64,000 nt of DNA, taken from assembly GCA_050331115.1 (NCBI GenBank), contig JBHJHD010000085.1, positions 8,093 to 72,092 of the forward strand. Direction: 5' to 3'. Below the pieces are notes generated by a model. It saw only the letters and a list, made by a program, of their open reading frames with translations. It had not been told where the DNA came from and made no database searches. Position numbers and translations under genes: made by a program. Below, piece by piece: positions 54,549-63,915 of this stretch. This DNA comes from Elainellaceae cyanobacterium (GTDB lineage: Bacteria > Cyanobacteriota > Cyanobacteriia > CAKZMO01). Each line of letters starts with the position of its first letter. The stretch's first letter is position 1.

Positions 54549-56027
54549 CTAAACAAAGTTTCTAGCGCCAAGCTCGAGCTTCCGGAGATATGGTTTCGCT
54601 TTCGAGCTGCGTTCTTGAGAAAGATCAGAGGACGGGGGCGGCGCTAGCGGCAGATGGGTTCGCAAGGCGGCCGAAACCTTTTCTGCGGTGATCGGTTTCG
54701 CCAAAAAATCTGAGGCTCCCGTAAGGTTGGCCCTCACCCGATCGACAATGCCGTCGCTGCTGGTGACGATAATCACAGGCGTGTTCTTGAAGGTAGAGAT
54801 CTGACGAATTTGAGCACAGACCTCGTAGCCGTTGATGACGGGCATGAGCACGTCTAGAAAGATTAGGCTAGGCTTGTGCTCTAGCAGCATCGGTAAAGCT
54901 TGGAGAGGGTCACGGATGCTGAGGAAGCGATACGCCGTCTGCTCGAGAATCTGCTCCATGGTTGCACAGTCAAATCGACTGTCCTCGATGTAGGCAATGA
55001 GCTTATCCCTCACCTGCGGCGAGCCAGTCGGAGGCCTCGCAGACGGGTCGGCCGCCTGGGCCAGAGGAGAAGCAGCAATATCTGAAACGGCCCGTAAACC
55101 GATAATCCCTTGAGCCACGAAGGGCATGATTGAGCGCGTCAATAGGATCGGATATTGCTTTAAGCTCAGCGCTAGATCGCGAAGGGTCAGGTCGCCGTGG
55201 ATGGACTGGGCCAGGTTGTGATAGGCAGCCGGCGCTTGCTGTCGCAGCGCATCATGGTCTTGGATCACGGGAGCAAGGTTAGGAGAATATTTGGCCAGGC
55301 CTGCCTTTCTCCAGGCATTCCAGGTTTCTACGGCTGGCTGTAGAACTTGGCTAGGCTGCAGCAGGATCGACGGCGGCGTCGTAATGTTCTGGCAAAAGTC
55401 GTGGTAGGACAGCTGAATATTGGAGCGATCGCCCGTGGCCGCTTCTGAAGGAGTACTGCAGGATTGACAGGCCTGAATGAAGTCGAACAGCATTTCATTC
55501 AAATTGCCCCTCACGACTGCAGCCACGTGATTTTGTGAAATTTGGCCTTGCTCAACCTGCTGTATGAGAGAAGAATAGTCCCACAGTTGAGGGGTTCCTA
55601 TTGACGACGCAAAAGATTTAGGGCTCAGCCGCGGACAGTAGCGCGCCACTTGTCGAGACCAGCGACGCACAGGATGAGTGCCGCCCGTACCGCCGACTAG
55701 CCAGCCGTCTAAAAAATACAGGCTGCAGGCCTGATGCTCGCTTCCGGACAGGGTCAGGGCCAAATGGCCTGAGAACCGAACTTTTCCGCAGTAGGCAAGC
55801 CGTCGCAGCAGCTCCTCGCTACTGCGCACAACTTCACAGGTGACGGGTTGGCATTCAATATTATCGAAGGGCGTGGGGAGAAACATTTTAAAAGTTGAAG
55901 GCTCCTGAATCTCTTGCTCAAAGCTTTGGGAGAACATAGATTCTTCACCATTTTTAAGTGGATAGCCCAAAGTAATCGGCGTACTCGAAAATAATCCAGC
56001 GTACGTCTCAGCAACTGGGGGCTGCAC
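54549..56027 (-). CDS. pixG: PatA-subfamily response regulator (N-terminal PATAN-like domain plus C-terminal REC)
   Basis: C-terminal REC KLIAYIEDSRFDCATMEQIL...PSLIFLDVLMPVINGYEVCAQIR......PVIIVTSSDG...DFLAKP preceded by a ~340-aa PATAN-type region. First gene of the operon. GTG 56027 or ATG 55937. Confidence 0.8.
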   Translation of the reverse strand: MQPPVAETYAGLFSSTPITLGYPLKNGEESMFSQSFEQEIQEPSTFKMFLPTPFDNIECQPVTCEVVRSSEELLRRLAYCGKVRFSGHLALTLSGSEHQACSLYFLDGWLVGGTGGTHPVRRWSRQVARYCPRLSPKSFASSIGTPQLWDYSSLIQQVEQGQISQNHVAAVVRGNLNEMLFDFIQACQSCSTPSEAATGDRSNIQLSYHDFCQNITTPPSILLQPSQVLQPAVETWNAWRKAGLAKYSPNLAPVIQDHDALRQQAPAAYHNLAQSIHGDLTLRDLALSLKQYPILLTRSIMPFVAQGIIGLRAVSDIAASPLAQAADPSARPPTGSPQVRDKLIAYIEDSRFDCATMEQILEQTAYRFLSIRDPLQALPMLLEHKPSLIFLDVLMPVINGYEVCAQIRQISTFKNTPVIIVTSSDGIVDRVRANLTGASDFLAKPITAEKVSAALRTHLPLAPPPSSDLSQERSSKAKPYLRKLELGARNFV

Positions 56028-56297
56028 TTGCTTATAGCTATCTATATTTAGTTCTGATAGGTCTAAAACAGGAAATAGGGGTGAGCACTCTCGCTAAAGC
56101 TTTGTGAGTCTCTTTAGTAATACTAGTAATACTAGATCAGGTCAATAATTGTTTAAATGGGGCTTATAAGGCATTTATAGCTTTTTTCCCTTCCTTTAAA
56201 GAGTTAGTGAAGGGCCCATTGCTCTTCCTGGCGGCGCCATTCTCAGACGATTAGAGTCCAATGCGCTTTTGCCACAATCTCCGCAGCAGCACATGCG

Positions 56298-57491
56298 CTA
56301 CCTGGAACACGATGGCCAGGTAAACCGGAAGGTTGCCCCATCGCCAGGCTGCGACTCTACTGCAATCTCCCCACCCTCTAACTCAATGATTCGCTTCACC
56401 AGCGCCAGCCCAACCCCCGTATTCTCCCCGCGATCGCCCGCGGCTAAATTCGAAGCGCTATGGCATACTTTCAGCGTTTGAAAAATCTCGAAAATGCGAT
56501 CGTGATGCTCCGGGGCTATTCCTGGACCATTGTCGGCCACAATAAATTCGTAAGCTTGATTATGCTCTTGGGCTGAAATCGTCACGGCGACATTAGGACC
56601 GCGGCTATGCTTGATGGCATTACTAATCAGGTTAGTAAACACCTGCCGCAGAGAGAGTCGCCTTGCCCACAGCTCGGGCAGATTGGGTTGAACATAGATT
56701 ACAACGTTTTCCGGCGGCGCTAGTGAATAGATAATCTCAGCCAGGAGCGCCTCTAAATCCACCAGCTCTAGCGATGTGTTCATCTGGCCAACGCGGGCAA
56801 ACTCTAGCAAACCGTCAATCAATGCCTTCATGTTGTGAACCCGCTGCCGCAGCAGCCCCATTTTGTGCTTTGCCTCCGATGGAAGCTGATCCGCGTAGTC
56901 TTCCGCAATCCATGCCGACAGGTTATCAATCCCCCGCAGGGGTGCTTTGAGGTCATGGGAGATGGCGTAGGCGAACTGTCTTAGGTCTCGGTTGCGATTC
57001 TCTAAGTCCAGCTTCACCTGCAGCAATCGCTCATTAGCCGAGGCTAGCGCCTCGGCCTGCTGGGCGAGCTGTGCCTCGCTCAGCCGCCGCTCTGCTTCTA
57101 AGCGCTGCCGCTCCTGCTGTGCCTGGCTTTCCCGCAGCGATCGCAGAACCGCCGGAACCAGACGCTGCAGACGCTGCTTGAGCACGTAATCGGTAGCGCC
57201 CTGCTGCATGGCTTCGATGGCCTGCTCCTCGCCCAGCACGCCAGACACCAGAATGAAGGGAACGTCAGGGCAAATGGACTGGGCTAGCGTCAGCGCTTCA
57301 AGGCCGTTGAACTTGGGCAAGATGTAGTCTGCCAAAATTAAATCGAGCGGCTCATTCAGCGCTGCTGTAAAGGCTGGGCAATCGCTGACCCGAGTCAGGG
57401 TGCCCTCAATTCCCCCGTGGTTCAGCGCCGCTTCAATCAGCTCATAATCTAAGGGATCATCCTCCAGCAGCAGGAAACGCAGCATCGGCAC
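56298..57491 (-). CDS. Hybrid REC-histidine kinase
   Basis: REC LRFLLLEDDPLD...DLILADYILPKFNG; coiled coil; H-box FAYAISHDLKAPLRGI; HATPase NLISNAIKHS, DNGPGI, GVGLALV. Confidence 0.9.
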   Translation of the reverse strand: MPMLRFLLLEDDPLDYELIEAALNHGGIEGTLTRVSDCPAFTAALNEPLDLILADYILPKFNGLEALTLAQSICPDVPFILVSGVLGEEQAIEAMQQGATDYVLKQRLQRLVPAVLRSLRESQAQQERQRLEAERRLSEAQLAQQAEALASANERLLQVKLDLENRNRDLRQFAYAISHDLKAPLRGIDNLSAWIAEDYADQLPSEAKHKMGLLRQRVHNMKALIDGLLEFARVGQMNTSLELVDLEALLAEIIYSLAPPENVVIYVQPNLPELWARRLSLRQVFTNLISNAIKHSRGPNVAVTISAQEHNQAYEFIVADNGPGIAPEHHDRIFEIFQTLKVCHSASNLAAGDRGENTGVGLALVKRIIELEGGEIAVESQPGDGATFRFTWPSCSR

Positions 57492-57493
57492 GC

Positions 57494-59044
57494 CTACAAT
57501 TCTGTTGGCTTGAGGGATACAGGAATTGTGAAGTAGACGGTTGCCCCTTCACCGACTGCGCCCTCTGCCCAGCAGCGTCCCCCGTGGCGAGAAACAATTT
57601 TCTGGACGTTTGCCAGGCCAATTCCCGTTCCCTTGAAGTTCTCGGCGTTAGCAAGACGATTAAAGACCCCGAATAGGTTCTTGCGGGCGTCTTCATCGTC
57701 AAAACCGATGCCGTTATCCCCCACCGAAAAGATGATTTCTCCGTCCCCTGAAGTGGCGTTGACGATAATCTTGGCTCGCTCCCGCTCACCGGTGTATTTG
57801 ACCGCATTTTCGATCAGGTTTTGCCACACCTGACGCAGCAGATTGCGATCGCCCTCAACCCGAGGCAGGGGATGAATTTGCCAATCAATCGACCGACTGA
57901 CCAGATCAGGTTCAACCTGACGCTTTATTTCCTGTACCAGATAGCCCATATCGACAGGGGTGACCTGCATCTGGGCCCGCCCCGTGCGAGAAAACAGCAG
58001 CAGGTCGTCAATCATCTTTCCAGAGCGATTCGTCAGTTCGCCAACGGTGTGAAGATAGTGCAAAACCGTTTCATCCGACGTCATTGCCTGTATCTGCTCT
58101 TGTAGCAGCATGGTGAACCCGTCGATTTGGCGAATTGGCGCTCTCAATTCATGGGAAACCGAAAAGGCAAAGGCCTCTAGCTCCTGGTTGAGGTGCTCTA
58201 ACCGCATCGTCCGCTCATGGACACGCTCCTCCAGGGTGCGGTTGAGCGCCTGCAGTGCAGCCTCCGTCTCCTTTCGCGCGGTCACATCGCTGATCAAACC
58301 ATCGACGACCGATCGGCCCTCCATCTCCACAACCGTTTCGCTAACCTGTAGCCAAAGCGGGCGCTCTCGCCCTGCTCTGTCTAGCTTAATTTCCCTTTGC
58401 CATCGCTTTTGATCTTGCCGGCTGTCGCTATTCCAGGCCAGCTGGTTTTGAAAAAAAGGCTGGGCGTCAGAGATTGAAGCGAATCCCAGCAGCTGCAGCA
58501 GACCATCGCTAGCGTCTAAAAGCTGTCCCTCGGGCGTGGCTCGAAACACGCCGACCTCTAGCTCGTTGAGCAAAAACTGGAGCTGAACTTCGAGTTCTCT
58601 AGCCCTGCAGCGAATTTGAGCGTTGTTCCAGACGGAGCGGACCGCCTGAGAGAGACGGATAAGGTGCTTGGGGGATTTGAGCACGTAGTCATCTAGACCC
58701 GCCTTCATGGCCTCCACCGCAATTTCTTGGCTACCAGAGTCAGTGAACATAATCACGGGGCGATTAGGATCATGGGCCTTGAGGGCGTGCAGCACTTCTA
58801 TACCCGTGGCCCAGTTCAGCTCGTAGTCCGTAATCATGAGGTCGAAATTGTCCGCTGCAAACGCCTGCTTGATGGCTGGCCAGTCTAAGGCCTCATGAAT
58901 GTGAACATCAGGAAACGCCTGCCTAATCTCTCGAATCGCCAGCAGCCGGTCGTTGGGGTTGTCGTCAATCAGCAGAATTCGCTGTAGCGATCGCGTTATC
59001 TCCATGGGTCTCGAAGCTGAATCAAGGCGGGAGGCTGTGACCAC
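57494..59044 (-). CDS. Hybrid REC-PAS-histidine kinase
   Basis: REC RILLIDDNPNDR...DLMITDYELNWATG; PAS; H-box FAFSVSHELRAPIRQIDGF; HATPase NLIENAVKYT, DNGIGF, GTGIGLANV. 2-nt gap to the next gene. Confidence 0.9.
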   Translation of the reverse strand: MVTASRLDSASRPMEITRSLQRILLIDDNPNDRLLAIREIRQAFPDVHIHEALDWPAIKQAFAADNFDLMITDYELNWATGIEVLHALKAHDPNRPVIMFTDSGSQEIAVEAMKAGLDDYVLKSPKHLIRLSQAVRSVWNNAQIRCRARELEVQLQFLLNELEVGVFRATPEGQLLDASDGLLQLLGFASISDAQPFFQNQLAWNSDSRQDQKRWQREIKLDRAGRERPLWLQVSETVVEMEGRSVVDGLISDVTARKETEAALQALNRTLEERVHERTMRLEHLNQELEAFAFSVSHELRAPIRQIDGFTMLLQEQIQAMTSDETVLHYLHTVGELTNRSGKMIDDLLLFSRTGRAQMQVTPVDMGYLVQEIKRQVEPDLVSRSIDWQIHPLPRVEGDRNLLRQVWQNLIENAVKYTGERERAKIIVNATSGDGEIIFSVGDNGIGFDDEDARKNLFGVFNRLANAENFKGTGIGLANVQKIVSRHGGRCWAEGAVGEGATVYFTIPVSLKPTEL

Positions 59045-59055
59045 CGCGCTAAAGG

Positions 59056-59508
59056 TTACGTCGCCGTCAAAATCGGATATTCATTGAGCCGTAGCCAATA
59101 GGCATCGAGGGCAGACATCATGCCAGACAGGGCCTCAAAGCTGACCGGCTTTACGAGATAAGAGCTAACGCCTAACTCATAGGTGCGATTGATGTCCGTA
59201 TTCTCCCTTGAAGAGGTCAAGACAACCACTGGAATTCGCCTAATTATCGGCTGTTGCCTCATCCATGATAGAACTTCAGCCCCAGAGCGGCGCGGCAGCT
59301 TTAGATCGAGCAAAACCAAAGCCGGGAGCGGATAGCTATCTCGATCGACGTATTGACCCTGCCCAGCCAGGTAGTCTACGGCCTCGTCTCCATCTTTAAC
59401 AACGTGAATTGGACTGATTGCATTGACCTGTCTAAACGCTCGCTGTATAAAAAGAATGTCGTTCGAATCATCTTCAACCACGAGAATGCTGTATCCATTG
59501 AAGGTCAT
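59056..59508 (-). CDS. Single-domain response regulator (Rcp1-like CheY)
   Basis: ILVVEDDSNDILFIQRAF......PALVLLDLKLPRRSGAEVL...IPVVVLTSS...SYLVKP. Confidence 0.9.
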   Translation of the reverse strand: MTFNGYSILVVEDDSNDILFIQRAFRQVNAISPIHVVKDGDEAVDYLAGQGQYVDRDSYPLPALVLLDLKLPRRSGAEVLSWMRQQPIIRRIPVVVLTSSRENTDINRTYELGVSSYLVKPVSFEALSGMMSALDAYWLRLNEYPILTAT

Positions 59509-59582
59509 GATCTGCTACCTGAAGTTCCGCTAAGCCTGTAAAGCTGACCGGTCAAGAAGCCGCAAATACAGGTAATCACAAT

Positions 59583-59612
59583 ATCGCTCTCCGTATAATC
59601 GCTCTCCGTATA
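59583..59612. repeat. Non-coding 15-nt tandem duplication upstream of the single-domain response regulator
   Basis: ATCGCTCTCCGTATA x2, 75-104 nt upstream of ATG 59508. Confidence 0.95.
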
Positions 59613-59676
59613 TATGTAGGCGATACAAGCTTTCGGCCAGTGCCCTGCCCCATGAACTTAATCAAAGTTACCATAA

Positions 59677-59696
59677 CCTTGAGCGATCGCTCAAGG
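59677..59696. repeat. Perfect 20-bp HIP1-centred palindrome
   Basis: CCTTGAGCGATCGCTCAAGG, 89 nt downstream of the Crp-family gene stop. A possible weak terminator or operator. Confidence 0.85.
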
Positions 59697-59784
59697 CCGA
59701 GCTGCTCCAATGGTGGCACGGATTACACGGTGGCTAGGTACGCCAGCGTACACAAGGCTGTCCCATGCCGGGGGGCCGGCCTGC

Positions 59785-60492
59785 TCAAGTCTCAAAGAGG
59801 CGATCGTACTCATCTCTAGCCACGTCGTAGCATTCGCAGCAGGCCAACTTGAGCGCGTCTCGATTTAAGATTTCAACCTGTCCCCGGCTATAGCGAATCA
59901 GGCCGGCCTGCTGCAGCGCGCTGGCGGCGACGGTGACGCTGGCGCGCCGGGTGCCCAACATGCTCGACAGAAAAGCCTGGGTCAACAGCAGTGAGGAAGA
60001 TTGAGCAAAATCTTGAGACTGCAGCAGCCAGCGAGCCAGTCGCGCTTCGGTAGAGTGAAACCGATTGCAGACCGCAGTTTGGCTCACTTGAGCGATGAAC
60101 GCTTGGGTGTAGAGCAGCAGCAGCTTTTGCAGGGCTTGGCCTTGGCCGAATACCTTTTTCAGCACGACCGCATCGAGGGCGATCGCATCTCCCGGAATTT
60201 GCACGATGGCCCGGCTCGAGTCTTGCCGTCCACCGAGATAAACCGGATAACCCAGCATGCCATCACTTCCGACAACACCAGCCTCAAGGGTAGTGCCGTC
60301 TTCCATAATCTGAACCAGTGAAACCATAGCGTGAATGGGGAAGTAGACGGTCGATATTGTTTCAGCAGGCTCGTATAAGACTTGCCCCGACGATAGCTTG
60401 ACGTATCTGAGATATGGAGCTATCTGCAGGTATTCCGCTTCCGGCAGCAGCGCCAGTAGACGATTGAGCTGACTCGCCTGTTGTAAGTCCAA
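59785..60492 (-). CDS. Crp/Fnr family transcriptional regulator
   Basis: cNMP-binding beta-roll (SGQVLYEPAETISTVYFPIHAMVSLV) and C-terminal HTH (LLTQAFLSSMLGTRRASVTVAASALQQAGLIRYSRGQVEILN). TTG start. Confidence 0.85.
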   Translation of the reverse strand: MDLQQASQLNRLLALLPEAEYLQIAPYLRYVKLSSGQVLYEPAETISTVYFPIHAMVSLVQIMEDGTTLEAGVVGSDGMLGYPVYLGGRQDSSRAIVQIPGDAIALDAVVLKKVFGQGQALQKLLLLYTQAFIAQVSQTAVCNRFHSTEARLARWLLQSQDFAQSSSLLLTQAFLSSMLGTRRASVTVAASALQQAGLIRYSRGQVEILNRDALKLACCECYDVARDEYDRLFET

Positions 60493-60825
60493 GTTATTTC
60501 TCTTTCTTTTGTGGTGAAAAGCGGATATTGAAGGTCTTGACGCAACTGCCCTTACAGCCGCTGGGCCTCACCCTGAGCAAATCGCTGAGTGAATAATGTG
60601 AAATTAAGAAAGTTTCTCGCTTCCGTATTCGGCAATGTCGAGAACCGTTTTACGGGTAGGCTGGCGACACCACGATAACTAGCCGATTGTTCTGCTATCG
60701 CCTCTAAAGGCGCTTTTTCACTATGTAGCGAGCATACCACCTGCAGGCCGTGCGGTTTGGTACGATTCATCTGCTCTTATTGCCTCTGCTTTATCGTCTA
60801 AACCTCTTTTAAGGCTGAGGAAATT

Positions 60826-63800
60826 CTAGTCTGAGAAAACGCGCTTTAGCTCTATCCAAAATCGACTCCCTTGACCCAGCGCCGACTCAACGCCAACCTG
60901 ACCGCCCATCCGCTGAATACCCCGTTTAACAATAGAGAGACCAATGCCCGTGCCCGCATAAACCTCGGCACCGTGCAGCCGCTCAAAGGGTTCAAAAATG
61001 CGCGCTTGATGCTGCGGGGCGATACCGATACCGTTGTCCTCAACCCAAATCCGGACGTAGCGTACACTTGTTTCAGCATCCTTTGATGGTTCAGGCCCAT
61101 CAACAGACGCCTCGGCCCAGATTTTAATTTGAGGCAGCGTCCCCGGCGCAACAAACTTGAGGGCATTGCGAATCAAATTAGTCAACACCTGCTCGATGAC
61201 GCTGCGCTGAACATAGACCATGGGTAAGTTTGACGTGGATAAGTTTGGCGTGGACAAATTTGGCGTGGATAAGTTTGGCGCGACTTCAATCTTGGCCTGC
61301 CTTGCCCCCAGGGCAGGCTCCAGGGTCGCCAGGACTTTCTTGACGATCAGACCCACGTTGACCGGCTGCAGATGAATCTCCGATCGCCCTAGGCGGCTAT
61401 AGGTCAGCAAATCTTGAATCAAAGTATCCAGCGTCTCGGCAGAAGTGGCCATGCGATGGATATAGTCCCGGCCTAGGTCATCAAGAGCGGGGCCGCAGTC
61501 TTCTTCTAGAACGCGGGCAAAGCCCTGAATTGAGCGCAGCGGCGCTCTTAAATCGTGGGCAACCGAGTAGGAAAAGGCTTCCAGGTCACTATTGGCTGCC
61601 TCTAGCTGCTGGGTTCGCTTTTGCACGCGCTGCTCTAGGGTGAGGTTGAGTTTCTGAAGCGTCTGCTCGCTTTGATTGCGGGCGATCGCCGCCGCCAGTG
61701 AGTTGGCAACAGCCTGCAAAAAGTTGGCGTCATCCTGGGTAAATTCTCGACAATGACGCGAGTGAACCCCCAAAACGCCGAAGGGTCGCTCCTGCTCCCC
61801 AATAATAGTGCTCATGCCGCTAATCACATGGTGCGTGGTCAGTAGGGGCGGTCCGCTAAATCGAGACTCCGTCCGCAGGTCTGCAACCACGACCGGACCT
61901 GGCGACAGTAAGGTATACCCGGCCTGAGAACCCCGATCAGAGCTAACGGTGGCCTGCCCCACCAAGCCGATCTGCCAGCCGACGCCAGACCGCAGCAGCA
62001 GCGACTGGCCATCGGGCAATAGCTCCAGCACCTTGCAGTAGTCCACGCCTAGACTGGTGGCGAGCATTTGGGTCGCCTGGTCAAACAAGACGTCTAAACT
62101 TGAGCCAGACAGCGCCGCCTGGCTCAGCTGAGCGACAATCGCCTGCTGCCCTAGTCGACTGGCAAGGGCCGCTTCCGCCCGTTTCTGCGCCGTTACGTCG
62201 GCGGCCATCGAAATCACTAGCCTTGTCCCATCGTTAATCTGACCTAGAGGGGCCGAGCTAAAAAGCCAGGTCCGCCTTTCGCCGCTTTTCGTTCTGACCT
62301 CGAATTCGCCCTCACCAATCCGCCGATCTAAGTCGTAGAGGCGATTGATCAAGGCTAGAACGTCACCCTGTCGTTTACCGTAGGCCCGCTCTGTCCAGTC
62401 GTTTAGGGTCTGAAGCTCTTTAGCCCCGTAGCCGGTAATGTCGGTCAACGTTTGGCTGATTTGAAAGATTCTTCCATCGTCACCGTGAATGATGATCGGA
62501 AAAGGGGCTTCCACCACCGCCCGCCGAAATTGCCGTTCGCTTTCCCTGAGGCTGGCCTCCGCCTGCTGGCGCTCTTCGATTTCCTGCTGCGCCTGCTGGG
62601 AGAGATCTGCCTGCTGGACGACGAGACTGATCTGGGCTGAAAGCTGCTCTAAAAATTTGATCTCAAGATTTTGCCACTTGCGAGGCGCTGTGCAGTGGTG
62701 GGCGATGAGCAGACCCCACACGGTATTTCCCTGCAAAATAGGGACGACTAGGTTCGCTTTCACCTGCAGCGACGCCAAAAAGTCGACGTGGCACGGGGTA
62801 AGTTCGCCACTGTGAATATCGGCAATAGCGCGCAGTCGCCCAGGGTCGTATTGCTTGGTGTAGCTGGCCGATAGACAGGGGTCGAAAAACGGCAAGTTCA
62901 ATAGAGCGGTCCAGTCAGCTCCCACCGATTCTGTGACGACGACGCCATCGTTGGGCGTTTGCAGCTGAAGGATAACGACCCGGTCGGTCTGCAAAAACCG
63001 CCGGGCCTCAGCCACAGCAGCCTGGAGAATTGCGTTTAGGTCCGGCGAGGGCAGCAAATTGGTGCTAGAGTATCGCCGGATGGCCTGGGTAATCTGCATA
63101 ACGACTCGCTCAGATTCCAGCAGCCGAGATCGATCGCTCTCGGCCTGCTTGGCGGGGGTAATATCGGCGAGCGTGCCCAGCATCCGCCCTGAAAGGCGAT
63201 CGCCGCTGGGGTAAAAATTTCCTTTCCCGTTCAGCCAGCGGATTGCGCCGTTTGGACAAATGACGCGGAATTCAACATTGCCTTGGGTTTGGTCTTGCAG
63301 GGCGCGGCGAATGGCCGCCTGCACGGCAGCGCGATCTTCGCGGTGTACCCGCTTCAAAAGCGCTCTATAGCCAGAAAGTATCTCCCCCAGCGCCAGCCCA
63401 AACATTGCGCCAACTCGTGCAGAATAAAACAGCCCGCTGCTCGATTGCCACTCCCAAACGCCCATTTGAGCCGCGTCTAAGGCGAGCCGCAGACGCTCAT
63501 TACTGTGCCAAAGCTGACGCCGCAGGCTTGCTTGCTCAACAGCCCGCTCAATACTCCGCTGCAGCGACAGGGGTGTAATTTGACCCTTGACCAAATAATC
63601 CGCTGCCCCCGCTTTCAGCGACTGAGTAGCCACGGCCTCGCTTCCCTGCCCGGTGACTAGGATCAACGCTGGCGTCTGTTCCCCCATAAGGGTCTTGAGC
63701 GTTGTCAAAAATTCCAGCCCGTCAAGATCGGGTAGGCGGTAGTCTAGGAGTACCACATCGGGCTGCGCCTGCTGACACAGCTTTAACCCCAGTTCGCCAA

Positions 63801-63915
63801 GCTCTGCTTCGATGACCGCGCAGCTCAACGCTGCATTGCGCTCCACATATCGACGGTAGGTGCCACGGTCCGCCTCGCTGTCGTCTACGATTAGAACTGT
63901 AATCGGTTGAACCAT
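60826..63915 (-). CDS. Hybrid sensor kinase REC-PAS-GAF(CBCR-like)-PAS-GAF-HisKA-HATPase
   Basis: REC VLIVDDSEADR...DVVLLDYRLPDLDG. GAF1 has FFDPCL (Cys347) and TPCH (Cys375-His376, 28 residues later), then VKANLVVPIL...VWGLLIAHHCTAPRKW. H-box FSYSVAHDLRAPLRSIQGF. HATPase NLIRNALKF, DNGIGI, GTGIGLSIV. Confidence 0.9.
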   Translation of the reverse strand: MVQPITVLIVDDSEADRGTYRRYVERNAALSCAVIEAELGELGLKLCQQAQPDVVLLDYRLPDLDGLEFLTTLKTLMGEQTPALILVTGQGSEAVATQSLKAGAADYLVKGQITPLSLQRSIERAVEQASLRRQLWHSNERLRLALDAAQMGVWEWQSSSGLFYSARVGAMFGLALGEILSGYRALLKRVHREDRAAVQAAIRRALQDQTQGNVEFRVICPNGAIRWLNGKGNFYPSGDRLSGRMLGTLADITPAKQAESDRSRLLESERVVMQITQAIRRYSSTNLLPSPDLNAILQAAVAEARRFLQTDRVVILQLQTPNDGVVVTESVGADWTALLNLPFFDPCLSASYTKQYDPGRLRAIADIHSGELTPCHVDFLASLQVKANLVVPILQGNTVWGLLIAHHCTAPRKWQNLEIKFLEQLSAQISLVVQQADLSQQAQQEIEERQQAEASLRESERQFRRAVVEAPFPIIIHGDDGRIFQISQTLTDITGYGAKELQTLNDWTERAYGKRQGDVLALINRLYDLDRRIGEGEFEVRTKSGERRTWLFSSAPLGQINDGTRLVISMAADVTAQKRAEAALASRLGQQAIVAQLSQAALSGSSLDVLFDQATQMLATSLGVDYCKVLELLPDGQSLLLRSGVGWQIGLVGQATVSSDRGSQAGYTLLSPGPVVVADLRTESRFSGPPLLTTHHVISGMSTIIGEQERPFGVLGVHSRHCREFTQDDANFLQAVANSLAAAIARNQSEQTLQKLNLTLEQRVQKRTQQLEAANSDLEAFSYSVAHDLRAPLRSIQGFARVLEEDCGPALDDLGRDYIHRMATSAETLDTLIQDLLTYSRLGRSEIHLQPVNVGLIVKKVLATLEPALGARQAKIEVAPNLSTPNLSTPNLSTSNLPMVYVQRSVIEQVLTNLIRNALKFVAPGTLPQIKIWAEASVDGPEPSKDAETSVRYVRIWVEDNGIGIAPQHQARIFEPFERLHGAEVYAGTGIGLSIVKRGIQRMGGQVGVESALGQGSRFWIELKRVFSD
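61223..61282 (-). repeat. In-frame 15-nt tandem repeat x4 (PNLST) in the kinase catalytic region
   Basis: Plus strand GGTAAGTTTGACGTG, GATAAGTTTGGCGTG, GACAAATTTGGCGTG, GATAAGTTTGGCGCG. Encodes APNLSTPNLSTPNLSTSNLP just upstream of the N box. Confidence 0.95.

Noticed and set aside
60552-60770. 72-aa ORF between the large kinase and the Crp gene.
   Set aside because: Implausible composition, no SD and no recognisable motif. It probably lies in a 333-nt regulatory or UTR region.
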